Positions 14,376 to 28,200 of a stretch of 64,000 nt of DNA are shown here, one piece after another. The stretch lies in the NCBI GenBank assembly GCA_040954595.2, contig CM082595.2:5482137-5546136 (forward strand), given 5' to 3'. The notes under the pieces are model-generated. The model worked only from the letters and a program-made list of their open reading frames with translations, made no database searches and was not told the origin of the DNA. Every line of letters begins with the position of its first letter. The stretch's first letter is position 1. A program made the translations under genes and the position numbers. The DNA comes from Balanoglossus misakiensis. Taxonomy: Eukaryota > Animalia > Hemichordata.

Positions 14376-15023
14376 TACTGTAGCAATCAGTTGGTAGCCA
14401 AGTACATGTAATGCAATCATGAATAAGTGCAGAGTTGAACAAAAATGTTAACGTTTGCGCCTTTAACACATGGGCCATGTCATGCGTTGTTTGTCCTCTC
14501 TCAAGAGAATGACCTTGCATATTAATTGCATAGCCACGTATTGTCTCACAGGAGCATGTGGAGTTCAGAAAGTGATCACTTGTGCTGGTAGCAATGCTTT
14601 GCCATCTCACCATTACTAGATCAGAAACGCTATCAATAAGTAATCAGCTGGAAATGATGCCTCGTTAGCCTTGACATTTTCAGCTTGGCTGGGCATGGTG
14701 TGAAGATCATTCACAATTTACCCTTCAACTTGTATTGCTGATTAGTCATTTGATAGTCTGGTGTCTCTTGGGAATATGTCAATTAATTCCATCCTTTTCA
14801 AAACACTGGTGAATTCAGGTGAAGTGTTCAAAACGTACAAAAAATGGATATTGTCAACAAATGTAACACAGTGCTTTTTCATTTTTTTGGGTAAATGATT
14901 GGTCTTTCTGCAGCTCTTGAAGAGGGATTTCTCTAAGATTGCTGTATTTCTTCAAACTACTAGTAATACACACACAAATGAACAAAATAACACATTTTTA
15001 AGTTAAAGCAAACAGTGCATTGG

Positions 15024-15041
15024 TTTATTTTATTCTTTATT
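15024..15041 (-). terminator. Probable polyadenylation signals of rootletin
   Basis: Three clustered AATAAA on the minus strand followed by a GT-rich tract at about 14970-14995. This implies a ~1.9-kb 3' UTR. Confidence 0.6.
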
Positions 15042-16958
15042 CGCAGTCCATACAGAGGTGAAAACAAAATATTCCACAAAAAGTTACATTAGTCTTGTAT
15101 GAATACAGCAGAGCACACTACAGAAAACATGGCCAAACATTTCTTTTGCACACTTTCTTATTATCATATGTAAGTTATTCTTGTCTGAGGACGATCAATC
15201 TGGGTTTCCTTATAACTAAAAAAAGCAGATCAATTTCAGTAACTCAAGTTACCATGGTGATGATTATGTATACAGACACCAAAATCAGAGTGATCAGTCA
15301 TCCCTTGATAGGTGAAATTTTAAAAATCTTGTTGGAAGCAAAAAACCAACATTCTGGACAAAATACTGCATCTGATCGGTGCTATGGGATTATTTGAGTT
15401 GTGAATATACATTTTTTTTCAACTTATAATAGAATAGAATAATAAATTTATGTTTTATAGATTCCAATTTTTTTAATTACATCTCATTAATTTCCTCATA
15501 ATTATTACTCAAGATTCTGGACGGCTTAGGAAAATCTAGCTCCGATTCCATTTAACATGGGACCAATTTGATTGGTAAGGATTTGCACTGAAATGTACAT
15601 ATATATATTTATATAAGCGAAAGCAAAATGAAGAACGCACCACTGGTATTGGATGTTGGGTTCTTATTTCAAGATATGTGGAAAATATTTATATATATCC
15701 AGGGAATGTACCTTATTTCAGCTTTGCAATAATGAGAGGCAAGTTTGAAATTCTCCCGAGATATACAGACAAAATCCGTCAGCAAATCATGCGGAAAATA
15801 CCTTGTAGCATAAGGGGCCTGGGGGTTGGATGGACTATGGAATATTCCAGACTGCCTTCTCTCATAAGCAAACACCACTTAGGCAAACTTTTAAGCATAC
15901 AATTGTGATATGCACTTTCCAACCCAGGGTGTCCGGATAATACAAATTATTCAATTATACAGAAGTACCTTTTAACATTCCTCTAAAAAAAGTTTAATCA
16001 CACTCTATACAATGTATACAGATTTTTTGTGGATATCAGATCTTCAGTGAAAAAAACAATCACTCTTGAAATGTCCTCAAAATGACCATCAAGGTTAAAT
16101 CCACGGCATGTAAAAAATATTGGAGCTACCCTACTAAAATACCTTAAAATCGGATACATTAACTTGAAAAATTTCACTAGTAATCTTACAAATATTACAG
16201 GAAAATTCACAATTTTTTAACTGAGTAAAGCTTTACCTTTCAAAACAAACAAGAAACAACAAAAGTTTCCACAGTCATTGAACACAATAGGAATTAACAT
16301 ACATGAGCAAAAGGAAAAAAAACAGCAACACATCACAAAGAACTTAAAAAGGAGCAACTAAAAAAATCACAATACATAATGACACACCAAAAGGATAAAG
16401 CATAAAAATCACGAGGGTTGCTGCAGTAGTATTTTCTCGCAACAAAAGTTGCGCTCATGAGAGAAAGAAATCGTACAAGCAACAACACCGCATCTGGTTC
16501 TAAAAAAGATGTTCGGTATAAGTACACGAAGTCTTCATTCCCCGATCCATCCCCGTAAAAACTGACTCAAGACGAGTATAATACTGTTTAGGACAGTCTT
16601 GTTGTCTCCTACTGTGATTGTTGGATCTTGCTAGGTAACACTCTCCGTTAAAAAGGGGGGGGGGGGAGAAAAATATTTCTAGGGACTATTATAAAACAGC
16701 TGATAACTTCACAGGACTCTCTCCACCCAAAAGATTAAAAAACCTAAACGGTTTTTATGATATTTCAGTATAAACAGGTGGTTAGATATGGTAACTTTAA
16801 CTTGCAGCTTTTCCATTGTTTTTTTCTCCCAGAAAAATAAATTTCTGTCTTGGTTGCTTTTCAAAACGAAAAAATTTAAGCACCATGATATGTTGTTCGT
16901 TAATGAGGTGTCTTTCCTTCTGTTGTTGTTTTTTGTTGTTGTTGTTGTTTTTGTCTAC

Positions 16959-19900
16959 CTAATGCTTGTAGGAGCGAGAAGAGGTTATCGGGCTGGCCAT
17001 GGGTCCTGCACTTCTTCTACCTGGTGATTTAGCACCTGTTGAATGAGGGTAGACAAAAAAACAGAGCAGAGAGGAGAAAGAGATTATAATGCATGAAATG
17101 CAGTGGAGTGCTTTGGCAGGAGTGCAGAATTATGTTTACTGATAAAAAATACTTGTTGTCCTGGCAAGAACAAAACAAAAAATAAAAATAAACAAAAAAA
17201 CACTTTTCCGGACAGAAGAAACTGTCTCCATCATTATGAATAAAAATGAAAGAAAAGCTTAAAAGAAGTACTGGTCAGCAATTGTAGATTTTGTCTTGGT
17301 TATTTTTAGTGTAGATATGTCCTTATGACATAAACATTTTCTTTTGTTTCTTTCTTGATTTGCTTTTATTTGCCGTTAAAGAGACGACATTAAATTCATG
17401 TATATTTCCTGGATTAACAAAAACTGCCAGTAATGTACTGGGCTTGTTGAACGAATGCACAAGGCTGACTGTTTTTACTTAATGTTGAAGTATGATTTGA
17501 AAGAATTAGACTTAATTGAGATTGAGTTACTTTGAAATGTGATTGGCTGAGATAGAAGAAAAAGTAGCAACACTGTTGCATTGTTACTGAAGTGAGATGA
17601 GTTAGTGAGTAGTACCTGACATGGGAGTGGAGGCGTGGCGACCCAGACCCAGACGTCTCGGCGAGCTGCTTCGAGTGCGGCGTTTCATGGACGGGCTGGA
17701 CGACAGACTGGTCGGCGGGGAGTGGGCTCCCGTCACGTAACCCAGCGACTCGTCCAGCTTCTTGGTCTCGTGCTCCAGCAGCAAGGGGTCGAGAGAAGGG
17801 TCGCGGGCCACGGTGCTGAGAGAGTCATCTGGGAAGAGAAAGATGAAGAGACAGAAAGACACGCACCCTGTTAATGAGGAAATGCAAAACGATGTGATGC
17901 CGTGGCGATCGAGGCAGAAGTGAGATGAAAGAAGACAGGACAGAGTGAGAGACTCTCTCAGGCAAGACAGGACAGGACGGTGGACAACAGGCACAAATCA
18001 CCAGACAGAATTACAGTTACAACACCATGGATGTACCAATACCATACCAACCTTACAACCTTATCTACACGCTGACGCAAATAAGCAGAAAAAATTACAT
18101 TCCACAATCCAATTAACTGTACAATTATTGATGAGTTTAAACATGTCAAAATAGACTAATATAAAAAGTATGCCTTTGTATTCTTCAACAAAACACCAGT
18201 CTTTAATACTCGCATCTAAATACAGTGCCTACACACTGTACAATGTATGTCTGTATGCTTCCACAACTATCACACATCAATCACTAATTTAATTCAAATA
18301 TGCAGGAATCGCTACAAAATGAATGGACGGCTACAGAAAAGTTTCGCTCCCCGTCTCCTTGTACTTTCGCCGCCAGCTCTACTTACTCAGGATGTTACGG
18401 AGATCGCGGATGTCGTCTCCGGTTTTTCCGCTGCGGGAGATGAACTGTTGGCGCTTGCGGATCTCCTGGGAAAGCTGATCCTTCAGGGTGTTGTTCTGCT
18501 CTTCCAGGCCCTTGACGCGCTGTCGGTGTGCACGCTCACGCGCTTCCAATGTTCTCTCGGCCTGGATCTGAGCGGTTCTCAGGCGCTCCACCTCCATCTC
18601 GGTCTCCTGGCGATGTCTAGCTGTGAGGTCAATCAATCTAAGCGAGGGAAAATAAACCAAAAGTATTTAAAAGCCACTCTCCTTCCCAGTGTGCCCCGAG
18701 ACAATTTTTGAGGATTTCTCAAAAAATTCTCTGAGTCAGCCCTATACCTTTGCATGTAGTCTGGATAATTTTCTTGAATCACCAGCGAGTGCAACCTATG
18801 GGCTTACAGGGCACACTGCTCCTGCCCCTTCTCATCAAACTATCTAATGTTTTTTCTCAACTAGACCCTGTACAATGTTAGCTCCGATGATATAATTTTT
18901 CTTCTATGTTTAGATTACATGACGTGTAACTTACACATGTTATCTGAACATAGAAAAATGATATCATCAGAACTACAATTTCTTACACTGTAAGAAAACT
19001 ATGAGAACATCTGTCTTGGCTGTTGTAAAAAGAATAGCTGTGAATGACCGGTGCTGCCTTTATCTCTAAGTGGCAGATGCAAAGACTTCTGTGTCTCTGA
19101 CTGAACAATGGACAGAAGTTCCCACTTCCATCTTACCTTTGGGCATGCTGCTGTTCACCCTCTGCAAATGATGCCTGCAGATTCTGGATTTGACGTTGCA
19201 GTTCGTTGTTCTCGGTTTCCAGGGAGGATAGGGAGCGGTCCAATGCTCCGCGATCGGCTGAGGCTCTTAGGGCTTCCTCTTCAGTACGAATCTTCTCGCG
19301 TTCAACCTTCAATGTGAGAAAAAAGATTCAATGAGCAAATTTGTACACAAGCATAATTTTTTAGGATTAAAACTAGAACCTACACCTGTCCAAAAACAGA
19401 TATTCAATTAACTAAATACACATTTTAAAAATAATTTTTGACAGTTCAATTTTTGCTTGCACACCAAAGACTGTGGATGGACTGAATTTACATGAGTTTT
19501 CTGGACCAGTGTGCAACTTCCAGTCCTTTCAGGGTCTTATAAGACTGAAAGATTTGCCACTTGAGGGCACTCTCCCTTGACGTCGCACATATTGCAGTAC
19601 AAGACCCGAAGATTAATCTTGGAGATGGCATAAGCATGAGAGGCACTGGATTTACCTTGTCAAGGGTCTTCTTCAAAGCAGTCTTGTCCTTCTCCAGTCG
19701 GCCAGAGCTGCGTTCCAGCTCTCGCTTTTCAGCCTCCAAGTGTGCGTATGCACGTTGCAGGGTGGTGACGCGCTCCTGGAAGTTTCGCTTCTCCTCTTGC
19801 AGTCTCTGCACGCGACCCATGATGTCGTCCTCAGCCTCCTGGTGTTGCTTGATCATCTGTGATGGATTGAAAGCAGGGAGAGATAGTGTCAGACGAGGTG

Positions 19901-22177
19901 ATACAGAACATATAATGTCCTGTTTGTCTTTTCTTACAAAGAGGCAAGGCCTCAAACACAATTTAACAGCCACATTTGGTGTTATTGCCTTGTATAGTAT
20001 GATTGATTCTGTGCATTTTCATGTACACATATAATTAAAAAAATTCTAATAAGCCCTAAGGTAACCTGTTGTGCTCTACTAGAATGCAAGACAAGACATG
20101 CATGCTCTTTGTGTCAATTACTGAGAGAAGCTCTTGCTGAGTTTCAAAATGTCATTAGTAAAATCTTGAATACAAGAACATAACCAAACTAGTGTCACAA
20201 GACAGTGCTATTAAATAAATAGTTTTCCTTGAGTTCAACCATGTCACCCCCAGTTCCCTCTGTAGAGGTCCAACCTTGCCACAGAAAACAATGGAATTGG
20301 ACTGGAGTGGTGACAGGGTTAAAATGGAGAGAGAACACTGGATCTACTGGACGTACCTGTTGAGCGTTTCTGAGCTGACCTTCCACTTCCATTCTGCGGA
20401 CATCAGTGTCACCCTGTTCGTTCTGCAACAGCTGCACCCGTTCCAGCAGCTGGTGGTTCTGCTTCTTGGCCTCGGACGCCGCCTGGCGGGCACCGTCCAG
20501 ACGCTCCTGCAGCACGCGACGGTCGTGCTCGCTGCTGGTCAGGGCGTGCTGCAGCTGGGCAATACGCTCCTGCAGCTCCTTGGAGGTCAGGTCTTGTTCG
20601 GTCAGCGACATGGACAGGGACTGGACCTGTTGTTACCGGAAGGAGAGAGTTTTTATTACAATGCATCACTCCATGGTGGAGAGAAACTGACAATGACGTG
20701 TCTTCCTATACCATTAACCATGGATCTCAGAGACCCATACTTTAAAGGTATGCGGTCACCTATGGAAATTTAGCTAGAGTTACCATGGCAAATTGAAATC
20801 TAGCCAGTCACAGATTTTCAGTGGGTGGCACACGCGAAAATAAAGTGCCACCATATGTTCTTTAGAACACTTAAATACGCCATTTCAGCCATGTGACCAT
20901 GTACTTTTAATTTCTCAACCTTGTGTGAGACAAAATATCTCCACCTCATGAGAGAAATCTTATACCAGGTCCTTGGGGGAGTAAGATTCTGATAGCCTCC
21001 CACCACATAAAAGAATTCAAAATTGTATGACAGATTCAAAGAGACACCTCACCTTGTCTTTGAGTTGATGTTCGCCTTCCTCTGTCTTGGCCAGGCTCAG
21101 ACTGAGACGGTCCAGAGTCAGTTGCAGCGAGGTGTTCTTGCTTTCCAAGTCTTGAATTTGACGGGTCAGAGAATCGATACGGTCCTGTAGCACCTGGTGG
21201 CAGGGAATATGACAAACATTTAATGAAAATAAGTTTTATGTGCACCAATAGTGTTGTCATTGTGATCATTTCGATAGCATTTAGAACTTGGATAACACTT
21301 CATCTGTTAGTTTGTTTGTAAAGAAGTAGGATCGGATAACTCATGGAGAATCTTGGCATCATTACTGTACTGTAACAGTGTAACTGTAAGGAACACCATA
21401 CTTCATATTTCTGTCTGTGTCAATCCATACCATTATTGCATCTGAAGAAGGGGACTACATGTCCCCGAAAGCTCATGCTTCAACATTCATTAGTTGATCT
21501 ATAGAGTGGTATGGAACCTGACTTTATTTTGTATTGGAGATCAGCATGGCTACAGTACTAAGTATGTTTCAGAGAGAGAAGTAGAACCCTCACCTGATTT
21601 TCAGTTACTTTGTCGTTCATGGAGAGTTGCATACGTTGTAAGTCGCCTTCCAGAGAGCGGCGTTTCAGTTCCAGCTGTGTGCCGCGGTTCTCGGAAGCCT
21701 CGAGAGTCTCGCGCAGTTGGCGCTTGTCGTTGTCCAGCTTGGCCTCGGCCTGCTTCAGTTTGTTGATCCTGTCCTGCAGGGCGCGGCGGTCGGTCTCGGC
21801 CGCCTGCAGGTTGCGCTCCAGGGTGTGCACCTTCTCCAGGAGGCCCTTCTTCTCGCGCTCGTTGCGGCGGATGGTCTCCTCCTGCAGCATGAGGGCGGTC
21901 TGAGCGCTGCTCAGGCGTCCGTCGGCGCCACGTTTGCCTTCTTCGGTCTCGCCCAGTGTTCTCTGCACCTGCTGCAGCCGGTTGGCGGTGCGGTTGCGGT
22001 CTTCCTCCATTTCGCCGATTTCTTCCTGCAAGGAGCGTACTCTACCCTGGGCTTCATCCTGTTGATGTTAACACATGTAGAGAATATGATGAGAATTCAA
22101 ATCTAGGTTGTTGTGGGTAGAGTCCTTCTTATATAACCATAGTTTGTAAATGTCAAAGGGTTTGAATGCCTGTGTCC

Positions 22178-22210
<33 letters not shown>

Positions 22211-25200
22211 TGTATGTATGTATGTATGTATGTATGTATGTATGTATGTATGTATGTATGTATGTATGTATGTATGTATGTATGTATGTATGTATGTATG
22301 TATGTATGTATGTATGTATCACAGTGTGTGTGTGTGTGTGAATATACATGTGTGAGTCCAGTGACTCACGAAACAGCGTTGTAGAGATTTTACCGCCCTT
22401 CGTTTCTCCTTCTACCCTACTTTATACTCCGCTCTACTTTTGTATTGAGCACTTTGTATCGGACCAGTCGAACCTCATACTTTGTGTGTATTTCATTATG
22501 TACAAATGTATGTATGTTTCCATGTACAATTGGGGCCATGTGTCTCTGGTGAACTGTATCTGATAAGACATTAGGCAAGCTTTGGTATCTGAGACTGGTA
22601 CAAAATCAGGCAAGACACCCACCAATCCATTCAGACTTAGATTCGCAACAAACAAACTCACCCTCTCTCTCTCAGTTGTCTTCAGCTGTTGTGCGAAGTC
22701 TCTGAGCGCGATGCGCACCGTCTCAGGGTCGATGTCGGCGACCAACTGCTCCAGGCGCGACGGCGACATACTTCTCATGGGGCTGCGGGACCTGTCCGGA
22801 GATCCGGTGCGTGGGATTGGACTTCCACGGCCATCTGTGGTGGTGGTATATGTGTTGTCATATCCTATGGACGGTCAAGATGCAGGCCCCACACAGGGAA
22901 GGGGAGGGTGGGGGTGGATGGAGAAACACACAGCAACACAGGGGTGCACACCAGATGTCACACAGAAGTAGAGTGAATTCAAACGGGAATAACGTACGTG
23001 AAACAAAAAAGTAGAACCAGTGAAGTCATTGTTAGTATATAGGAAAACACTCACATGCAATAAACATTGTGTCAATTTAAAATAAATAATAACTCAGAAC
23101 TGATAACAACTTCTCAAATGTTTTCCCCAGAAGGGTCAGTAGTAACATTTCATATTTTCTAATATTTTATATAGGTTTATGTGGAAACACAAACTCCATG
23201 CCAGTACCACAGCTGAACTAGTTCACAATAAATGCAAGTGACTAGTCATGCAAGATTTACTGAACACCAGTGGAAAACATGAAATTGCCATGCGTATAAA
23301 ACACAACTGTGCATGCTGGTGGCTGTTTGAGAGACCCTAGTGTGTGGACAGTGAAGTCAAGTGAAGTTTATATACAACTGGTGCTCTTACCTTTGGTTGG
23401 TGGCGAGAGACCTCGGCGACGAGGGCTGGGGCTACGTGCACGGAATGGCGCTGGACTGGGAGTACGAGTGCCGGTTCCAATACCCAGGGTACGACGAAGA
23501 GTGGAATGTAAAGTTCCAAGCTTGAATTCCACTTCACGTTTGTTACCTGTGGTAGACATAATTACAAGTAATTAATATCTGTAGTATAACCCCCCTCTAT
23601 AAGTGCTTCTAGAAATGAGAGGACAAAACTGTCATTTTATTAACTGGAGCATCTTATTCATAAATGACCAAGTTTGTGATTATGAAATTTTGTTATTTGT
23701 GATTTCTGGTACAGTGGAACCTATTAAAGTCACCTCCAGGAACAGGAAAAAAAAGTTCTTAATGCAGAGGTTTCCTTCATACGTCGGTAATATTATATTC
23801 AACTTATGTCTTGATAGGTCTGTCCTTAATAGAGAGTTGACTTGATTAGAGAGGTGTCCATAATGACAGGTTTCACTGTACATGTACACACAAGCAGCAT
23901 TTTCCTAAAAACTTACTCTCGGTCTGGGCCAGCTGGGCCTCCAGTCCATTGATGCGACCCTCAGCAGCGCTGAGTTTCAGCTTCATGTCACCCAAGTCCA
24001 TACTAGTGTTGTCCAGTCCCATTTCCAGACTGCGGATCTTGTCCTGGCCTTTCCTTTCAGTCAGGCGGGCGTCCTCCAGGGCCATCTGGAAGTCCTTCTC
24101 CTTCAGTCGCAGTTCCTCGTCCAATTCGTTGAGCTTTCGGGCGAGGTTCTGTCCCTCTTTGCGAGAGGCGTCACGAGCTGTCTCGCTTTCAACAATCTGC
24201 GAACAAAGTTTGTCGGTCAACTTTCTATTTTTAAAATGTCAATTCACTTGACTACTTATTGGATTGCAGGGCTTGTAAGATTTAAGAACTTCTGATGTTA
24301 AAGGTGTGAATTCTGAGTGACTCTTTGAAAACTCAACAAAGCCTCAACTCAATATTCTTCTGATATGAGTAATACTGGATCTATCAGCTCTGTATATCAG
24401 AGTCTATAGTGACAGAAATGCGGACTTGTCCATTTTGCTGCCACTGCTTGGTTCAACCACATAGTATTCAATGATATGAATGAATCCATGTGCAGGCATA
24501 CACGGACAAACATGCTGATGTTACCCATAGATGGCAGGAAGGGTACATAGTCCTAAATTACCTTCTGCTTGAGTTGGAAGTTCTCTCGCCTGTTGTCCTC
24601 GGCGATTTCATCATCTCTCGCAACTCTTGCCAGCAGATCGTTGATCTCCTTGGCTTTCTTGGCACGGTCGGCTTCTGCTGTCTTTATCTGTGGAAAAGAA
24701 AATTAAGGTTCATTACCGATAAATTGTCTGTTGATAAAATCAAATGTCGGCCACATTTGTAACCACGACGGCCAATGTTATCCTCATCAATAATCAAATC
24801 GACAAGGAACTCTAGTTACTTATAAGTAACGTTGTCATGAAAACCCACTGCAGACTGGCTAAATCAGAATGATTCTCTCTCAACCACCACAACATTCACA
24901 AATTGCCTACCTGTCTGCGGAGCTCTTGCAGTTCACGTCTGGCTTCAAGGCGAGACTTCTCAACTTCACGTAAGCTTGTTCGCAGATCGGAGGCCTCCTT
25001 TTGAACACCAGCCTTAGATTCCTCAAGTACTAGAATAAAAATAGCATGAATTTTTTCGTTATTTTCCCATGTTCACACAACCAAGACTCATAAATCTGAA
25101 ATTGCAAAATTATGGCCTCTCTTCATACTATTACTGTACAGCAAGCTTTTCCACCCAAACTTTTTGTATGAGGACTATATTATTGAGAAAGTTATGGACA

Positions 25201-28200
25201 GAAACAGATTAATCCAGGATTTTCAATGATTTTCCAAGGGGTTGTGCTTTAACCCTATCACCACCATAGTTCAGTCCAAACCCATCGTTTTCTATGGTAT
25301 GGTTGGACCACTAAAGAGGAAACTGGGGGTGAAAGGGTAAAGATCCGAGATTTTCAAGCAATTTCCAGCAGTGCACGAATGTTGTTGCTTCCATCTGTAA
25401 TTGACTCACCTGCAATCTTTTGGCTGCCGTCTTCCACAGCTCGGTTCAGCTGTATCTTGTCGCCTTCCACCTTCTTGACTTTGTTGCGAAGTTCATCGTT
25501 GGTGTTCTGGATGGCCTCTTTCTCGTGGATCTCGTCGTTGCAGATGCGTTTCAGGTCAGTGATCTCCTTACGCAGTTGTCCCTGCATTTCATCACCTGTT
25601 GAATGAATGACAACCGTGTTACACTGGATGAAAATTTAATCGAGGAAAGATCGTCTTGTTCAGTCCTATCCATTCTTGTCCAGAAGATCTTTGTTTCTAG
25701 GCAGACATCACCAACCCATGCAAACTTCCCGGTGTCTGTCTGCTTTTTAAGTCTTTCCTTAATCAAGGGACATGGAATAATTTGGCTAACTACACAATCA
25801 GTGAATAGCTGCCTATCTTCTATGGATAAATGAAATCACTGATGAGTGGCAATAATTATTAATGTTCGAACACTGAAATTAAAATATATTTAATTGTGAT
25901 ACTGTATCAGTTTTACATGAAACACTGGAGAAATTTTCCAAACTATAAATGCGTCTAACTGTGATGTTTTACTATAGCGCTGTTTTTTTTATAAAAGGTG
26001 ATTGGCCTAACTGTGACACTAGCATTCACAGTTAAGTTTTTGTTAATACCTTCGCGAATCTTGCGATGAGCCTCGATAAGATCACGGCGGACTCCATCAC
26101 GCGCTTCCTCGACCATCTTGAGCTGTGTCTTCAGTTCGGCCACTTCCCGGAGGCCACCTTCTTTCTGTTTCTGTAGTTCTTTGATTTGACCACATAGTTC
26201 TTTTACTTCTTTCTCATGGGCAATACTGCGGAAAGAAAATCAAACGTTTAGGATCCAAATGACTTGGCATGTTTCAGGAATTGAAGATTACTGCTTTCAT
26301 GGTTTGACGACTTACTTGGAATCTTCAAAGTTGGCTCTCAGGTCCTTGAGCTCAGATTGGGTTGCGTTGATAGTTGTCTGAAATCACAAACAAGAAAACT
26401 TTATGTGAAATTTGCCAAAATATCCCCGGATAGTTTCTGTTCAGTTGAAAGATGTTGAACAATGTACATAATGACTGAAAGTGAGTTTACCGAATGTTGA
26501 CAGTAAAAACACAGAGACAAGGTAGTTATGAAAATAATTGCTGAAAAAAATTGTTCTCTCACTGCAAAGGTGTAAGAGTCGACTAGGGCGACAAAACCAA
26601 ACTGCAGTTGTTAGTCAGTACATAGTATTAAACACCCCTGCAATCACTGTAGTTTGATCCAATTCCATTGTTTCAAATGGTCATTTTGGATCACTGCACA
26701 CATAGTGGGTATGAAGAGGGTGAGTTATTTGAGGTTAAAATGTGAAATAGAACTTTGCAACATGTACTGTATTCTACAGAATTACAAAACATTAAGACAG
26801 ATTCATAATTTTGTATTAAGAAGAAAAATATGCACACATGGTCATAACGTTTGGCAGTACTGTGTACTCACCATATAATAAAACTTATGTGGCATAAAAG
26901 GGGAAAGAATTGGGAAGATTAAAGAAACTGGGATGATAAAAGTTGTTTAAATGCTGTCAACTTTAGCTAACAGAAAATGATTCAGGATTTGAAATTCTTG
27001 GGACCTTTCCAATAATATAATAGGTAGGAGAGAAATTCGTGTCAACAGATTTCTGTTTCCTGTGTGCTACTTCAACAATAGAAAAATGTGTGAACTGAAT
27101 TTAGAAGGAAATGGCAAAGATATTTAAAATGTCAACTATTCACCATTACAGCTAGACACGTTTGGGAAATGCCAGTAAAGAAAATAGTGGATAGTATGGC
27201 AAAGGAAATATGGGGGAAATAGGATTAAGGAATTACAAATGACACTCAAATGCACACAAAAAAGACAAAATGTCACATACATAAAGCAAGGATTGACAGA
27301 GCATTGATCGTCTAATATTGATTCATACTTCAAGCTGTATAAAGGTCAACCCCTATTTTATGGGTCTAACAGTCCAGCTGACTATGTAAACAGGATCGTA
27401 CCATATACACAGAGGGGTGGTATAAGGTAGGAGAATCAATTGTAGTTGGAATAATGAATAGCGGTGCTGTGAGCCTTGTAATGTATGCAGGCGTTCTTGG
27501 TGGCGTGTCCAATGTTACACATACCATACCAGGGAGAACACTGCCTGTGCGACTAGGAGTTCAAAACCTGCTGAGGAAGGTATGGAACTAACACCACAAG
27601 ATGAAAAAGTCTACAGGAGATCAACAAGGGACGTGAAAATGACGCTTTCCAGCACTAACCAGCATAACTCCCATCAGGGTACACTTGCTTTTGAAATCCA
27701 TGGTGGACAGTTTCGGCCAACTGGAACCGGTCCAAACTTTTCTGTCCCTTTAAACGACACACACGGTTCCCCTACATGCTGCCTGGTCACTGCTCGTCCA
27801 CTGTTATCTGTTCCCCCTCGCACAATTAATTTCAAACTCCCACAAACAAGAATTCCTCCCCCTTTGTGCCGTTACAATGACCTGGTGGCGTTTCTTCCCC
27901 TTTGTCCAAACCACCCTCCCACAACACCACCATTTACTTGTGAATTGGACAAGCGAGTCGCGGTTGTAAAAAACCCAAACAAAGTTTCCCCAGTAACAGC
28001 ATAGTTTCTAGGCAGGCAGCAACCATGCCATTATTCAACGCGTCCCCCTTCTGTTGTCTAAGGTCGTTTGAAAGGTCACAGGCCAATCCACTAAATTTTA
28101 AAAGACTGTCGAGAAGTGTCACATATTTGCCGACTGAAGGGCTCAAAACTTAAACATTTCTTTTGTAAGCAAATGATGTAGATTTTGACAAGGAGCACTG

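Noticed and set aside
17602-17615. Rootletin ending at ...MSGTTH* as the ORF track suggests
   Set aside because: A phase-matched terminal exon (17035-16959) with a good acceptor exists. Read-through would only be intron retention.
27785-27815. Minus-strand peptide QITVDEQ resembling the piggyBac transposase motif
   Set aside because: It is followed immediately by a stop and the downstream motifs (FRGR, KYG) are absent, so it is probably chance.
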